DNA of 64,000 bases from Amoebidium appalachense (lineage: Eukaryota > Protista > Ichthyosporea). Shown piece after piece: positions 36,501 to 49,650 of the stretch. The notes under the pieces were generated by a model that saw only the letters and a list, made by a program, of their open reading frames with translations, made no database searches and was not told the origin of the DNA. A program made the position numbers and the translations under genes. Numbering within the stretch: position 1 is the first letter of the stretch; every line of letters begins with the position of its first letter. Location of the stretch: NCBI GenBank assembly GCA_963693365.1, contig CAVNZM010000007.1, positions 2,403,979 to 2,467,978 on the forward strand, given 5' to 3'.

Positions 36501-37268
36501 GCTAGAGTATCCTATCTCGCGCTGAAATTCAATAAGCACATAAGCCGCTTAAAGAAGTATTTGCCCTCCCACCCTCTCTTCTCTATCCGACCTGTCCCCT
36601 CCTCACCTCTCCCCTCTTTCCTCCCCTCTCTCTCCCCTTCTCCCCTGGGCACAAATACAAATAAACCCCGCAATAGTGTGTGTGTGACTTTGGACTGCCA
36701 CTTACTTATTAAACATGTACACAATCACAAGATAATCACGCAATATAACAAATGGAAAAAGATACCACACGACACTAGACCCGATGAAAGCATACACCTT
36801 GAAAAACTAAGCCTTATGTCTCGTTTTATATATACTGACCGCCTCAACCATATTGCCAAATATGGCACTCGCAAGTGTATAACACCTAAATACATATTAC
36901 CTTCCTGTAGAACTGGTCTTTCTCTAGCTGATGGTATTATTGATCAATTACCACGCTTTTACTGTACACGTGCTATACAGTGGAGATCTAATAAGTATAA
37001 GGTGGCATCATTTGCATGCCCAAACAACACACACACACACCAGTTTAACCGGTCATGTATCGCCAAATGTAGTTTGATAGACCACATAATACCGCAACAC
37101 ACACACGTCACATTCACAACAGACACCCAGAAAGATAGCCTACCTGTAAATTACAACATCCTTGATTTTATACTAAACACGCGTAACTACGACCTGTTTA
37201 TTAGATGTATTGATTGGCTTGAGAAACACATCACTACAAAATTATAGCGCACGCGCACACACACACAC

Positions 37269-37323
<55 letters not shown>

Positions 37324-37355
37324 CCAGCTGATACCGAGTGTCCCGAGGGGAGCCC

Positions 37356-37393
<38 letters not shown>

Positions 37394-37588
37394 GGGGAAC
37401 CCCAACTAATTGATTTCTCCTTGTAGTCTTTATGGTGTCTCGTAGAGAAAGTAAACCCTGATATATAGTCACCACCCGACATCTATGTACGTGATCATGA
37501 TATACCGCTGAGGGGATATTCCGAGCAAACCCCCCCCCCCCATACCTGAGACTGGTTCTCTTTGCCTCGAGTAAACAGCGTAAACCCC
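33576..37588 (+). mobile_element. Apparently full-length single-ORF non-LTR retrotransposon (family 1, RTE-like organisation)
   Basis: Intact APE-RT ORF. The 3' end is defined by identity with the truncated copy at 19551-19849. Candidate 7-bp TSD ATAAATA at 33569-33575 / 37589-37595; it is AT-rich, so the 5' boundary is less certain. Confidence 0.88.
34053..37247 (+). CDS. AP-endonuclease + reverse transcriptase polyprotein (1064 aa)
   Basis: APE motifs WNARTL, ICET, YYPP, ILGDFN and SDHSPI. RT motifs KSCGPDGL, FRPITL, QSAFR, FIDWKTAYDSV, GLLQGSLLSPFLFN, LLYADD and YKYLGV. Cys/His motif near the C-terminus. Confidence 0.96.
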   Translation: MPNLSFFFWNARTLGPQKGLPPGTLDDKISYIQQQTNNHTFTVICETQFKNHHKFNSTLVDTSTHPGYAKNRGIIVLAAPHVRVKCKPVAKTEFSVSIEFLSNVFTFVYYPPSMSVVELTHELSQLPMSTVILGDFNTRLHHTDTLQVSVGYPSKPPERAIPLARYVQSHTLRFPQISHAHNTDWGVAFWPSTMSKLSLPPNLSRSSDHSPILFLPKISLDLLPPPPPTFRLRLSQLKSQWGRVDVCVCYATKHPIYMRLLESAQARPDSHLVLDTCTNFIVDDLIDLGDYAGGGRKEYPDALLLPNTTPARIGEPLSQKESLRRLASMNRFGPPARIIGDTTGDPLIDSDKYFSELFKDRTPAQKPIVWPVDPSIPIESILPFFSPDAIWSVISSYSSSKSCGPDGLPAGFLKILVPSYPQKESDRAIKPDLTIMLSSLFSWCVKCGHVPSSWLDTLVIPIVKKDSEGPISSFRPITLTQVVRRFFEACLLRLFAHHPRFQSILHIHPCQSAFRKNNSCYVQIMALHDSMQVGAQYVGFIDWKTAYDSVSPGLLWEKLAARGVPHCIGVLLEALLSQTYGRAVVNGHLSYGFARTRGLLQGSLLSPFLFNLFIDDLAVKIYAENDDPINNFPPALLYADDLSLLARTPRRLQRLFDVVSEWCKANLMILNIDKCGVLVPDIANNLHTFTLSSKPVPIVPEYKYLGVPVDSVGVMFPHMVEKRVELARKRLAFFSANIFKDTPLHPSIRLTFIRTFVFPACEYGLPLLAAWIKKERTRALKPLANFLEAEVASFLSNNCCKPGPVTLSIYGLVPIAARVSYLALKFNKHISRLKKYLPSHPLFSIRPVPSSPLPSFLPSLSPSPLGTNTNKPRNSVCVTLDCHLLIKHVHNHKIITQYNKWKKIPHDTRPDESIHLEKLSLMSRFIYTDRLNHIAKYGTRKCITPKYILPSCRTGLSLADGIIDQLPRFYCTRAIQWRSNKYKVASFACPNNTHTHQFNRSCIAKCSLIDHIIPQHTHVTFTTDTQKDSLPVNYNILDFILNTRNYDLFIRCIDWLEKHITTKL

Positions 37589-38056
37589 ATAAATATATAT
37601 GGTAATCCCGCGCGAAGGCGCGCTTTTATTGAGCCAATCACCACGAAGTGGCTGAGGCTGTGGTGGGCCTGTGGCTCAACTGTCATCTGAGATCGGAATG
37701 TAGGTAAACAAAGCCGGAGAACTTTACTACGCGACGAGTACATGTACACTACTATGTAACTTGTTCTGCTTCAAACGTAGTAGGAAAGCAATGATAATAA
37801 TAGTAGATGATACAGGGTTACTAGTGATTATTGAAGAAACCATTGTTTTGTTTTGTTCTTTATTATGTAACCTTCAGTTTCTGTTAGTGCACGTGCCAAC
37901 ATGGGGCGCATCTGTCCGCAGCTCTTACGTACGGCCATCCCTCTACACACGTGCATGTGCGAATGTCGCTTGGCACCGAGTCTCTCTTTACGGATCCTGT
38001 GACGATGAAGCACACACATGTAACTGAGGTACACACGCAAATTATCCCCCTTCGAG

Positions 38057-38100
<44 letters not shown>

Positions 38101-38281
38101 TTTTTTGGGCCTTCCCCACCGCCAGAACCACCTGCACCACCAGCAACACAGATCTGTATAGGCATGTCAGCGATGATTTGAACCGTCACACTGAGGTGTA
38201 CACATGTGACTTTACTATGCAACACCCACTCACTCATACATCGCTGCGAACCCCCCACCCCCTCGCCCCCCTCTCTCCAAC

Positions 38282-39060
<779 letters not shown>

Positions 39061-39546
39061 CATCACTTCATCAACCATATTTTATAGCTAAGAAAAAATA
39101 GAAGAGGAGGAGGACAAAAAAGAACAGAAAAAACAACAACTTACAACATCAACCACCACGTGCACCGCTGCGACCATGCGATGCACGTGCACCGTGACGA
39201 TATCCATGTTTACCTATATGCACATTTACTTACACACACTCCTCAAGAGAGTTCAAGGTAACCAAGCACAAGAGCACAAGTTGCAGGCACGTAACCACCT
39301 GTGCTAGACTTTTGGTTCCCATCACCGCACATACGTACCATTTCAAGGTCTTCGACCGATATATGATAATACGGAAAATACGTCAATTTATTAGATGTCT
39401 ATTCTGTTTCAAAGGCTAATTACGTACATTTCAATCCCTGGACTTCGGCAACCACCCAAAGACAGCGGTACGGAGTGGGGACTTTGAAACAAAAATGGCG
39501 CATTAATGATGCTTCAGCAGGAAACACTGCGACCGAGAGGGCCAGT

Positions 39547-39621
<75 letters not shown>

Positions 39622-39829
39622 CAAAACAGACAAACACATGCACACACACGCACACCTCAGACACCGTGCAGTGATATGCACACGAACACACACGCACACA
39701 TTAGGAGGGTAGATATGATGCATACATACAAAAACATGCTGTTCTAAGCACACGTGCATTCTGAACACCGACACCACTGTCACGGAATCGTGGACACAGA
39801 CACCCCCTCCGCGTGCACACACACACACA

Positions 39830-39945
<116 letters not shown>

Positions 39946-40795
39946 CACGCACGCTGACGCCCGCCCGCCCGCCCGCACACACACACAATGCATGCACGCA
40001 TGCACACACGCACGCACGAACACACCGTCCCACCCGCCCGCCCGCGTGCCTGCCTGCCCGTCCATATGTCTGTTGGCCGCAGCCCACACACACCACAGGG
40101 CCTAGACCAACACGGCCTCCGGGCCCAAGACAGCATACTGTATATCTGTGAGGTGCACGTGTTTTATTATAGTGGATGCCTAATAATACTAGATACAGGA
40201 CTATTCAAGCAGGCACACAAATCAAGCCAAAGCGCAAGGTCCACCACAAACTCATCATAGCCACCCCAAATAGAATAAAACAAACAAAACACATGCCCCC
40301 CCCCCCCCCCCCCAAAATAAAATAAAATAAAAAATAAAAAATAAATAAAAATAAAAATAAAAATAAAATACATACACCACACGTGTGTGTGGTGTGTTTG
40401 CTGGCAGTGTTTCAGGAGAGAGGTGGGGTGGGGTGGGGTGGGGGGGGGGGGGGGGGGGGGGGGATTGGTAGAGGGGGAGGGGATTGGGAGGAGAGGGGTT
40501 TTGGGACGGGGGGAGGCAGGGGGATTCGAGGGAATGGTGTAGGGGAGACGGGATTGGTAGGAGAAGAGGGGCGGGGGGTTGCGGGGAGGCTATTGCTCAC
40601 TGGCCACAGCAGCAACCTTCACCACCCGTACCGGACAAAATCCATGGTGTGTTGTCTTATTAATAAAGTGATTTAAAATTTGTTGGCATCCAGTGCCATT
40701 AGACGTTGTGCTGCTGCATGCAGTGGGCGCACACATATATACATTCGAAACCACGTGACACCTTATAATTATTTTCAACAGTTACACACTACAGC

Positions 40796-42439
40796 CTAAG
40801 CACTCGATGACATTGCGTTGTTGTTATCGATTTTAAATACCATCATGGCCTTTCTTTGCCACCACAGATACGCCACCAAACACACACCCGTCACACCCGC
40901 AAGAATAGGAAGGAATATATTCACGTTTGCAAGAATACACCCACCCAGGAAATATTGTGATGGGTAGGAGACAGAGCAGATAGTATCACTCTGTGGCATA
41001 GCCGCAATGCCCTGAAGGTAAGAGGTGCTCGTGTATGCAAGTGTAACATTGAATGGTTCGCCAATAATCAATGAAATCTCGGCCGGAGACATGGTGTTGA
41101 TTGTAAGAATATAACCGGAAACCGTAGGACCCGCAAACCGCGCAAGTGCGTTCGAGCACGCAAGCATCACCGTAAGCACGTTGAATTTGTTCGCAGCCTG
41201 CTCGGCAAAAATCGTGAGGAACTTGGTGAAAACAGACTCACACATTGCCAAAAACCAGATGTTTGCAGCGAGAATCGCGGCTGTGCCGACATAGAAAAGC
41301 CACACGCTGGAAGGGACAGCGTACTGCAGAAGGAGAATTGTGGACGCGATACTTGCGATCTGCCCGAGCGTCATCCAGCGGTAGTCAGGAATGTACTTCA
41401 TGCCAACCTTCCACGTGTACATGATGGGAAGGCAGCCCACCGCATATCCCATGTACAGCTTCCACGAATCGTTTGCGCTGTTGATCATATGGTACTGCCC
41501 CGTGCCAAAAGCAAACAACTGGGACGCCAGAGCCATAGAAACAAACGTGGCAACGAAGGAGAGGGCCATAAGTGGGATGATGCGACTGAAGAGCTCCTTC
41601 GCGTCGCCCAGTTTGAACGGTTTTTGCTCAAAATCATTTTCCTCGTCCGGGGAAACCTTCCCTTCTTCCTCATTGAAAAGAGCAATGAAACACACGAGAA
41701 CAATAGCGGTAAGACCCGCTGGAATCCAACCGGGGAGGGTGTAGAAGTTGAACAGACGCAGCGTGGTTGTCGTAATATTGTCGGACAGAAAAATGAGCGG
41801 GATGGCAATCATGGGGCCTACAAACCGTGCGAGGGATTGAGATTGGCGATAGTAGCCGGTAGCGAGAGCACGTTGCTCACAGGTGCTTGTCTTTGCAATC
41901 TGCACAACACCGAGACCAAGCCCAGCGCTACCGCAGCCAGAAATAAGACGGCCAACAATGAGCATGGGGGGTGTTCCGGGAGTGGCACCCGTTAGCGGAT
42001 CGGCGTCGACAAAATATGCGAGGGCGTAGATGATATTTCCGATGACGTTTAGAATAAGGGCTAGTGTTATCATGGGCTTGATGCCGACTTTAGTAGACAC
42101 GTAGCCGAATAAAGGAAGGCAGAAAAATTGTCCAAGGTCGTAAATTCCGTAGACAAAACCATAAAGATACTGTTGGTCAGGCGCGATTATGGCCCAGTAG
42201 CCCTGAATGGAAACGAACGCACACGCATAATCGAAAGTAAGACACACACCTACTAGAAGGAGGGCGATATAACTCTTCGTAAAGTTGATTTTGGGAGTGC
42301 TTTTTTGGTCTTTAGAGTCATACGCCTCATTATATGATGGGAGCTGATTATTGTCAGACTCTTTAGTCAAGGGCTCGTTCATGGTTTTGGCCGGGGTAGA
42401 CATAGCGGCACGCACAGCTGCCAGTGCGGCTAGAGCCAT
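40796..42439 (-). CDS. Intronless major facilitator superfamily transporter (MFSD8/CLN7-like), 547 aa
   Basis: About 12 hydrophobic segments; motif-A-like PLFGYVSTKVGIK, LNVIGNIIYA, VGRLISGCG, ARFVGP, NFYTLPGW and ARFAGP. The subfamily call comes from motif recall. Confidence 0.88.
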   Translation of the reverse strand: MALAALAAVRAAMSTPAKTMNEPLTKESDNNQLPSYNEAYDSKDQKSTPKINFTKSYIALLLVGVCLTFDYACAFVSIQGYWAIIAPDQQYLYGFVYGIYDLGQFFCLPLFGYVSTKVGIKPMITLALILNVIGNIIYALAYFVDADPLTGATPGTPPMLIVGRLISGCGSAGLGLGVVQIAKTSTCEQRALATGYYRQSQSLARFVGPMIAIPLIFLSDNITTTTLRLFNFYTLPGWIPAGLTAIVLVCFIALFNEEEGKVSPDEENDFEQKPFKLGDAKELFSRIIPLMALSFVATFVSMALASQLFAFGTGQYHMINSANDSWKLYMGYAVGCLPIMYTWKVGMKYIPDYRWMTLGQIASIASTILLLQYAVPSSVWLFYVGTAAILAANIWFLAMCESVFTKFLTIFAEQAANKFNVLTVMLACSNALARFAGPTVSGYILTINTMSPAEISLIIGEPFNVTLAYTSTSYLQGIAAMPQSDTICSVSYPSQYFLGGCILANVNIFLPILAGVTGVCLVAYLWWQRKAMMVFKIDNNNAMSSSA

Positions 42440-42629
42440 TGTGAAATATGAGCTGACAGGTAGGATGTCAAGCTAATGTACTATTTTTTTAAAGTATTAC
42501 TAAAAGAGGAATGGCTGTAATGTATGTGCACAGCAACAGAAGTTTGTGTGAGTTGTTGCAATTGTTGGGATGTTGTGATGTCAAGTTCGTCAGATTCAAA
42601 GTGATGCATCATAAGCCATGCCGCCAGGC

Positions 42630-43841
42630 TTTATATACCTTGGTGGCTCACCATATGATCCCTTTTGATTGGTGGTAGCGCTTTCAGTAAATACCATCCG
42701 CCAATCGCTGAGAGGAAAATTTAACAATAACGTGGACCCCATGATGCAATAGTCCGTAGGAACAAAACATTCCTTATGGTTTTTACTATATTCCTACTGT
42801 CGAGCAGCAGTACATACTGCTGGATATGTTTTGAAGAGTTATATTCCGGGTTGAAACGGTTGATTTTGCGCTTTTGCAATAGGAAGACTGTACGGCCGCG
42901 ATTGATGTATGCATGTATCATGATGACGTAATGTTTGTCGTTGTGTTCCAAAAATAGATCAGCCAATAGGAGGGAATCGCTGATAAATATGACGTAACGA
43001 CGTTCCATCGATTTCCGGGTATTTGAAATTTTGAATCGCTGAAGTATTCGAGCAAACCACGTGGACTCACATACCCCACGTGCGGAATACTCATTAGAAT
43101 TGTTCGTCTACTATTGCTAATAGAGCTCTATATGTTGGTAAAGCCTTTTTGTGCGGATAGATGCATACGCCGTAACTAGTAATCAACCTATTTTATCGAA
43201 GTTGTCGAGGCTCAAACGCATGTTCCTTTTTTTTTTGCTTTTTTCTTTTTCCTTTTTTTTCGTTCTCTTCCACAAGTAGATGACTCGGAGTGCACTTGCT
43301 AATTAGTCTTGGTAGTAGTATCTGGGCACGTGCCTGCTAACATGCTATAGGTGCGGATTTATTACATGACGGTTCAATTTTTTTTTCACCGAGTTTCTTT
43401 CCTTCATTTTCCATGTAATGTCCGTGGAAGAGACTCACGTGAGCCCCCCATGTTCCTGCATTCCTGAGTCTTTCGTAGGCTACCATAGGCACATGCGCTA
43501 TGAAATCTATAAGAGAGTACCTATTCTGAGACAATATATCTCTACTGAACTGTGTGAATATAAGAAAGTCCTAAGTAGAGTTTGAGCTAAGAGCTGTTCA
43601 TTATTTCTAGGTTAAACTTCATATACGTTTAATTATTCGTGCGCACGGCGTGAGTTGAACCTGGATTCGAAGGTATGTATCTTGGAATGTGAAAATGCGT
43701 ATTTGGATGCCAGGGTGTAAAAAGGGCCTAAAAGGTGATGCGCTGAATGGCTCCTGGAACGTGGGGAATCTCGACCATGACAGATCATGAAGTTACACGT
43801 GCTGGGCAATATGCAACGTCCACAGTGTGACAGTACACGTG
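42630..43841 (-). promoter_or_regulatory. Putative MFS upstream region: TATA, CCAAT and six CACGTG E-boxes
   Basis: TATATAAA on the minus strand at 42630-42637; CCAAT/ATTGG near 42669, 42701 and 42963; CACGTG at 43058, 43077, 43327, 43436, 43796 and 43836. Confidence 0.45.
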
Positions 43842-44101
43842 TCTGCATGTGACACTGTACATTGTACGTACAGCCTATCATGTTCCGGCTTTTTTTTTGA
43901 TTTTATATTCCGAGGCTATGGGTAAATTTTTTTTTTTTTTTTTTTTTCTTTTTCTTTTTTTTTTCTTCCCCTTTAGTACCGTGGCCACAGTATGCATATG
44001 AATATACGGAGTGAGTACAAGTGAGCTCGAGCGAGTGACACTGTGAGTGCACTATGGTTTGTGCCTACGTACATATGTGCACGTGCCACGGTGACATGTA
44101 C

Positions 44102-44102
<1 letters not shown>

Positions 44103-44162
<60 letters not shown>

Positions 44163-44215
44163 ACGTGTGTGTGTGCGCGTGTGCGTCCGTGACACAGTGT
44201 GTGTGTGTGACACTA

Positions 44216-44247
<32 letters not shown>

Positions 44248-44279
44248 ACACTACACGTGTGTGTGTGTGCGTGGTGTGT

Positions 44280-44372
<93 letters not shown>
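44103..44372. repeat. (GT)n microsatellite
   Basis: Seen directly. Contains a duplicated GACACTACAC interruption. Confidence 0.95.
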
Positions 44373-44373
<1 letters not shown>

Positions 44374-45193
44374 CGCGCGCGTGTGTGATCAGTACAATGT
44401 GTTACCGTGTGTGTGTTTCAGTGCCCGGGCTGTGGCCACCCCAAACTTTTTCATATCGCTTCTAAATTAGTTATTATGTCTTCTAGTACCTCGATTATTA
44501 CTAAGGGTAAAACTAATTTATGTGCATCGCAATTGTTGCTACCAAAATGAATGAATGATGCAAGAGCACGTCTTGTTTTGAGTAAGTAATATTGGCTGTG
44601 ACCAGCACGGCCCACTCGCGAACTCACCGCTTTATTACCACATTAAAATTTTAGCAATAAAAATCGACCAATGAGTCCGCAACAGTCATTAATTTGGTTT
44701 CTTCGTTCTGGCTCCGAAGTAATCCTCTACAGTAACCAGGGGGTTCTCCGACCCTCAACTCTTGCCAAAATCATGCAAGAAGATAAGACATTACCATTTG
44801 CACAGCCCAAAAAAAAAAAAAAAACTGCTTTCACTTTAGTAATTACCACACCAATAAGTTACATGTCCCAAACCTCCAACAGAATTTACATCAAGTTCTG
44901 GAACAAAAAGGGAGAGAGACAGGAGACATAACCGATAGACCAAAGCTTCACTTATACACATGCGAGAGAGAGCGAGCGAGGGTGAAAAGTGGGGCAGGAT
45001 ATAAACTTTAAAGGCAGAACCCGGTGAAGATAAGTTTTGAACGACAGCACTCATTTGCCAAGAAAAGGAAGACATGGAGAAAGACAGGGGAGGAACTGAG
45101 ACATTGGCCCAGGTGGGTTATATAACATGAAAAAAAGAAAACAAAGAATTAAAATTTTAAATAGTTATCGGATGGGCCCGCTGCAAATAGCCT

Positions 45194-45477
45194 TTACAAC
45201 AGGGTTACAAGGTCGCCGATGGAAGGAATCACATAGAGAGGCCGTTGGTCGGCGGAGCAGTGATTCGACTCCTCTAGAGTAGAAATGCCTGTGTGATCCC
45301 AGACACACAAAGAGGTTAGCCTCGTGTGAGTGTTGAACTTTGTGAAGGCATAGCATAGATAGCTACACTAACCTCTCCCTGTAACCCCCTGTCCCCCCTC
45401 CCCCCCCCCCCCCACCCCCACACACACACCCCGCAGGAGCCTCTGTCGTTCTCTTCCCTCCACCCTCTCCCCATCCC

Positions 45478-45523
<46 letters not shown>

Positions 45524-45641
45524 CGCGCGCGCATACTGCGGCAGAAATCCCTCGCTCCCCCCCCCCCCCTCCCCCCCTCTGTGTCTCTGTCGTTCTCTTC
45601 CTCCCGCCCTCTCCCCATCCCAGTGTGTGTGTGTGTGTGCA

Positions 45642-45700
<59 letters not shown>

Positions 45701-46424
45701 ACGCACGTGCTGGAGAAGCCCCCCCCCCTCCCCCCCCCCCCCCCCCCCGGCGCTCTTTTGCCACTCTTCTCTACTGGCAGAGCGCTGAGAAGATCATTTA
45801 TGCCCTCTTGTTTCAATACATCTACACCCTCTCGATAATGGCACCGTTCACTCTAGCCATGCACTCGCAGTGTTCGTGTGCGCGCGTGTGTGTGGATTTT
45901 ATTGTGCGTGTGCGCTTGTGGGCGTGTGGATTTTATTGTGCGTGGGAGCCCGCCTAATCATGTGTATGTGTCTGTGTAGTCCCCCCCCCCCCCCCCCCCT
46001 GGGGCTATAGAAGGATCCACAAGTTATTACCTAGTACTAAAATTATTATAACATAAATGGGAATTAAAAGGACTCAATAAAGCAATAAAGTAAAAGTAAA
46101 ACACCCTAGCATATGGTGAAAGGGAACTTGCCTGTAAGTACGAGCAATGTCTTCAGGCCACCGGCATTACCGAAAGCAATGTCTGTGTTGAGCCTGTAGG
46201 TGCAAGACATGTTAGGCCCCAAAAAACTGATCAAATAAATAAATAGATAAATCAATAAATCAATAAATAAATAAAAATAAAACTTGTGTCGGTGAACACA
46301 GCTATGAGTTGCAGAGTGTGGAAAATTCTTCCCTATCTCCTCCCTCCCTCCCTCCTTGTGTCCCTCCCTTCATTCTCTTCCCCCATCTCCCCTATCCCTA
46401 TCTCTCTCCCTCTCCCTCTCCCTC

Positions 46425-46457
<33 letters not shown>

Positions 46458-46677
46458 TTCTCTCTGTCTCTGTGTGTCTGCCTGTCTATCCTGTCTGCCT
46501 GTCTGCCCGTCTGTGTGCGCGTGTTCATGCAATAACAAACACACACACGCGCGCGCATGTGCATGTCTGCATACGTTTCATTGTACACCACACAGCGTTT
46601 TCGAACGTATGAAGTGCCTTTGTCTATGTGCACCACAAAAAAAAAAAGGAAAGAAAGGAAACCATACAAACAGACCC

Positions 46678-46708
<31 letters not shown>

Positions 46709-47399
46709 AAAAAAAAAAAAAAAAAGAAAAGGAGAAAGAAAAAAGAACAAGAACACCCACACACAAGCCCTCGCACCCACCACATGCACATCCCACCACA
46801 TGAACAGCTAAAAACACACCAACAGATGAAGGAATGAACACTCACACAGCTTGCGCGGAGACAAACAAAGTCACACTCTATGTCACCTATGCCACCTCAT
46901 GCATCTAGTGTTCCGACAACCCTAGTTCAAGTGAAAACCCAAGTCTCACCTTGAAAAACAAGCACCGAAAAAGACACATTTCTCTTGGATTCAGAGAGGG
47001 CTCCAAGGGGACGGGGAGGGGAGGGGGCCGGGGGGGAGGGGGGGGGGAGGAGGAGGCGGAAGGGGTGGGGGAGGGAAGAGAGAGAGAGGGGGGAGGGGGG
47101 AGGGGAGGGGAGGCTTATGCAACCCACACGTACCTGTCTCCAACCATGCAGCTGCGCTTGGGGTCAAGGTTGAATCTGACCATGTCCGACAACCCTGCGG
47201 TCAGATATGTGCCCCTCTCCCCCCCCCTTTCCCCCCCCCCCCCCCCCCCCCCCTCCCCCCCCTCCCCCCGCGGGGCAGATATCCCCCCCCCCCTCCCCCC
47301 CCCAAACACCACCACCACCACCACTGCTCCACCCACCCACACGCACATACACACCGATACCCTCGTTCCTCACACACGTGCACACACACAATCCCATCA

Positions 47400-47446
<47 letters not shown>

Positions 47447-47793
47447 TTCCTCTCTGCCCCGACTCACACGATGACGAAAGGAATACAGTATTGAGGTAGA
47501 TGCGTACATCCACCAAGTGTGAAATCTCCCGACCTCAGCATGAGAGCATACAAACAACACACGGCACTACATCTGGCAATAGACGCACATAAAACCGCAA
47601 ATATAAACAAAAAAAAATGTTACTTGTTCATAACGACTTCAAGCATTGGCTGGTGTGGTTTGCCGCAGATGATTGGCTGACGCTTGGTGGCCGTGATCAG
47701 CACAGAGAGCAGAGCCCCGGATCCTGCCGTGGAACTGTGAGAAGGGCAACACAGGCGCCCACCCACAAGAAAAGGCACGTATGCACGCATGCG

Positions 47794-47837
<44 letters not shown>

Positions 47838-47987
47838 CACACACAAAAACTTTATTCATGCCAACATGTCCAGTCATGAAGGCAAAAATAGGGCACAAGG
47901 CTACAAACCTCAAATAGCAAACACGCAAAACAAAACCGAAAACCAAGTGGGGGAAAAAAAAGAAAGAAAGAAAGAAAAACTGGGCCC

Positions 47988-48033
<46 letters not shown>

Positions 48034-49619
48034 ACAAAGAGGGCAGTGGCAAAGAAAACGAAGAGAAAAAAGACACAGAAAGAACGAAAATGCAAAAGAA
48101 AGAAAGAAAGTGTGAGCAAGCACAGCTGGTCCCCACCCACACCCACCTGGAATTCTGATGTCACCGGCCAGGGGCAAGGTCGAGTCGTCATTGGTTGCTA
48201 TAAATAGCACGTCTGGGTTCTGGATGTATCGGCATGCCTTGCTGAACTTGACGTAGTTGATGTCCATGTCAAGGCCAGACACCACCGCACCAACCTGCAC
48301 AGACCAATCAGTAACCCGAATTAAAATTTAAAGGGAACTAATTAGGATTGAAAAACATTACGGCTGAAAGGTATTGAATGCAGCACCACACTGTACCACA
48401 TGTTATCTTCGGAATTCTATTGTTACGTGGGTTTCAATTAAAAAGGCTATACAAATGCAGATTAAATGCACAGTATCAAGGTAAACTCCCCACCGCGAGA
48501 AATGTGCATGAAAGCCTTTTTTGTTTAATAATGACTTTATTGATATGCTCAGCAAAATAGAAGCCATCGAGATATCACCGATATCTCGGAGAAGAAAATA
48601 CAAAAGCCCTCACTCTCGAATACGGAGGAGATAACGACTTAAAAAATCATACACCCTAGAAAACTCATTAAACATACCGTGGTTCAACAGATAGTCAATA
48701 GACGTAATAGCAGGATTATCTAAATAAGCCAGTCTTCTAATTTCTAACGGAATAATCTGAGATAAATAAATACATCTATCTAAGTGTCTACGAGAAAAAG
48801 GTTCTGCACAAAAGTGGCACAAACATTTATGGAAATAAAGGTTACAGCGCCAAAATAAACATTTCCAAGCTATGTCACAAGGAGGGGTTAGAATTGCAAA
48901 ATCGGTAAGTGTGGTAGGTTTACGAGAGGAAGGATAAATATAAGTAGCTAATTTACACAACGATTGTAAAGAATATAGACAAGTCTCTAATATAAAAAGA
49001 AGCACAGGCTCAAGAGCCCTACCATGATACTCTTTATCACAAAGATGAAGCAAAGGATATTGAGTATGAAACCAAGTAACATACTGCTGATAACTAGTAG
49101 AAGAGAAAAATAAAGGAGATAAGTATTTAAAAGGATATCTCGGAATGGGAGAGAGATTGGGGATAGGACATTTCGCATGAAAGCCTAAGTCTTATCTCTT
49201 GCAGAAGGCAGAAAAACACACAATGTCACAAGTGAGACCTTTCTAATTCCAGCAAGTAATGTGACTGATTCAGTAAATCGTCAAAATCAGAAAAAGCATC
49301 AAAAATCCAAGATGTTTTTCCATATCACAAATCGATATTTTAGCACTCTGAAATGCCGCCAAAAAAAAGGGGGGGAAAAAATGGACTACAGCCCTGAAAG
49401 GCTGGCCGGTAGTGTAAAATCAAATTGACATTGTGTGGGCATTCAAAACGATAACAACTGAACATATAATCAACCTGTTTACATGTTCTATCTAAATCAC
49501 CGAAGGTAAGCTCTTTTTGTTGGCACGATCAACATAACTCTCGTAGCTTCCCAATGGGTGATCTAAAACAATCTATCGGGCCCAAGAATAAAACAAAAAC
49601 CATGGCCGGGTGGGTAAAA

Positions 49620-49650
<31 letters not shown>

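Noticed and set aside
37460-37470. GATATATAGTC resembling the group I intron S element
   Set aside because: No matching R element (GACUA) upstream on the same strand and no other core helices.
37451-37588. TAAACCC motifs as telomeric repeats
   Set aside because: Only isolated copies, not a tandem array; noted only as the element's terminal motif.
45750-45830. Possible extra PGP exon ([12 protein letters not shown]..)
   Set aside because: Exon 45288-45194 completes the conserved LTG-IST..P.Y..SI.DL ending without it.
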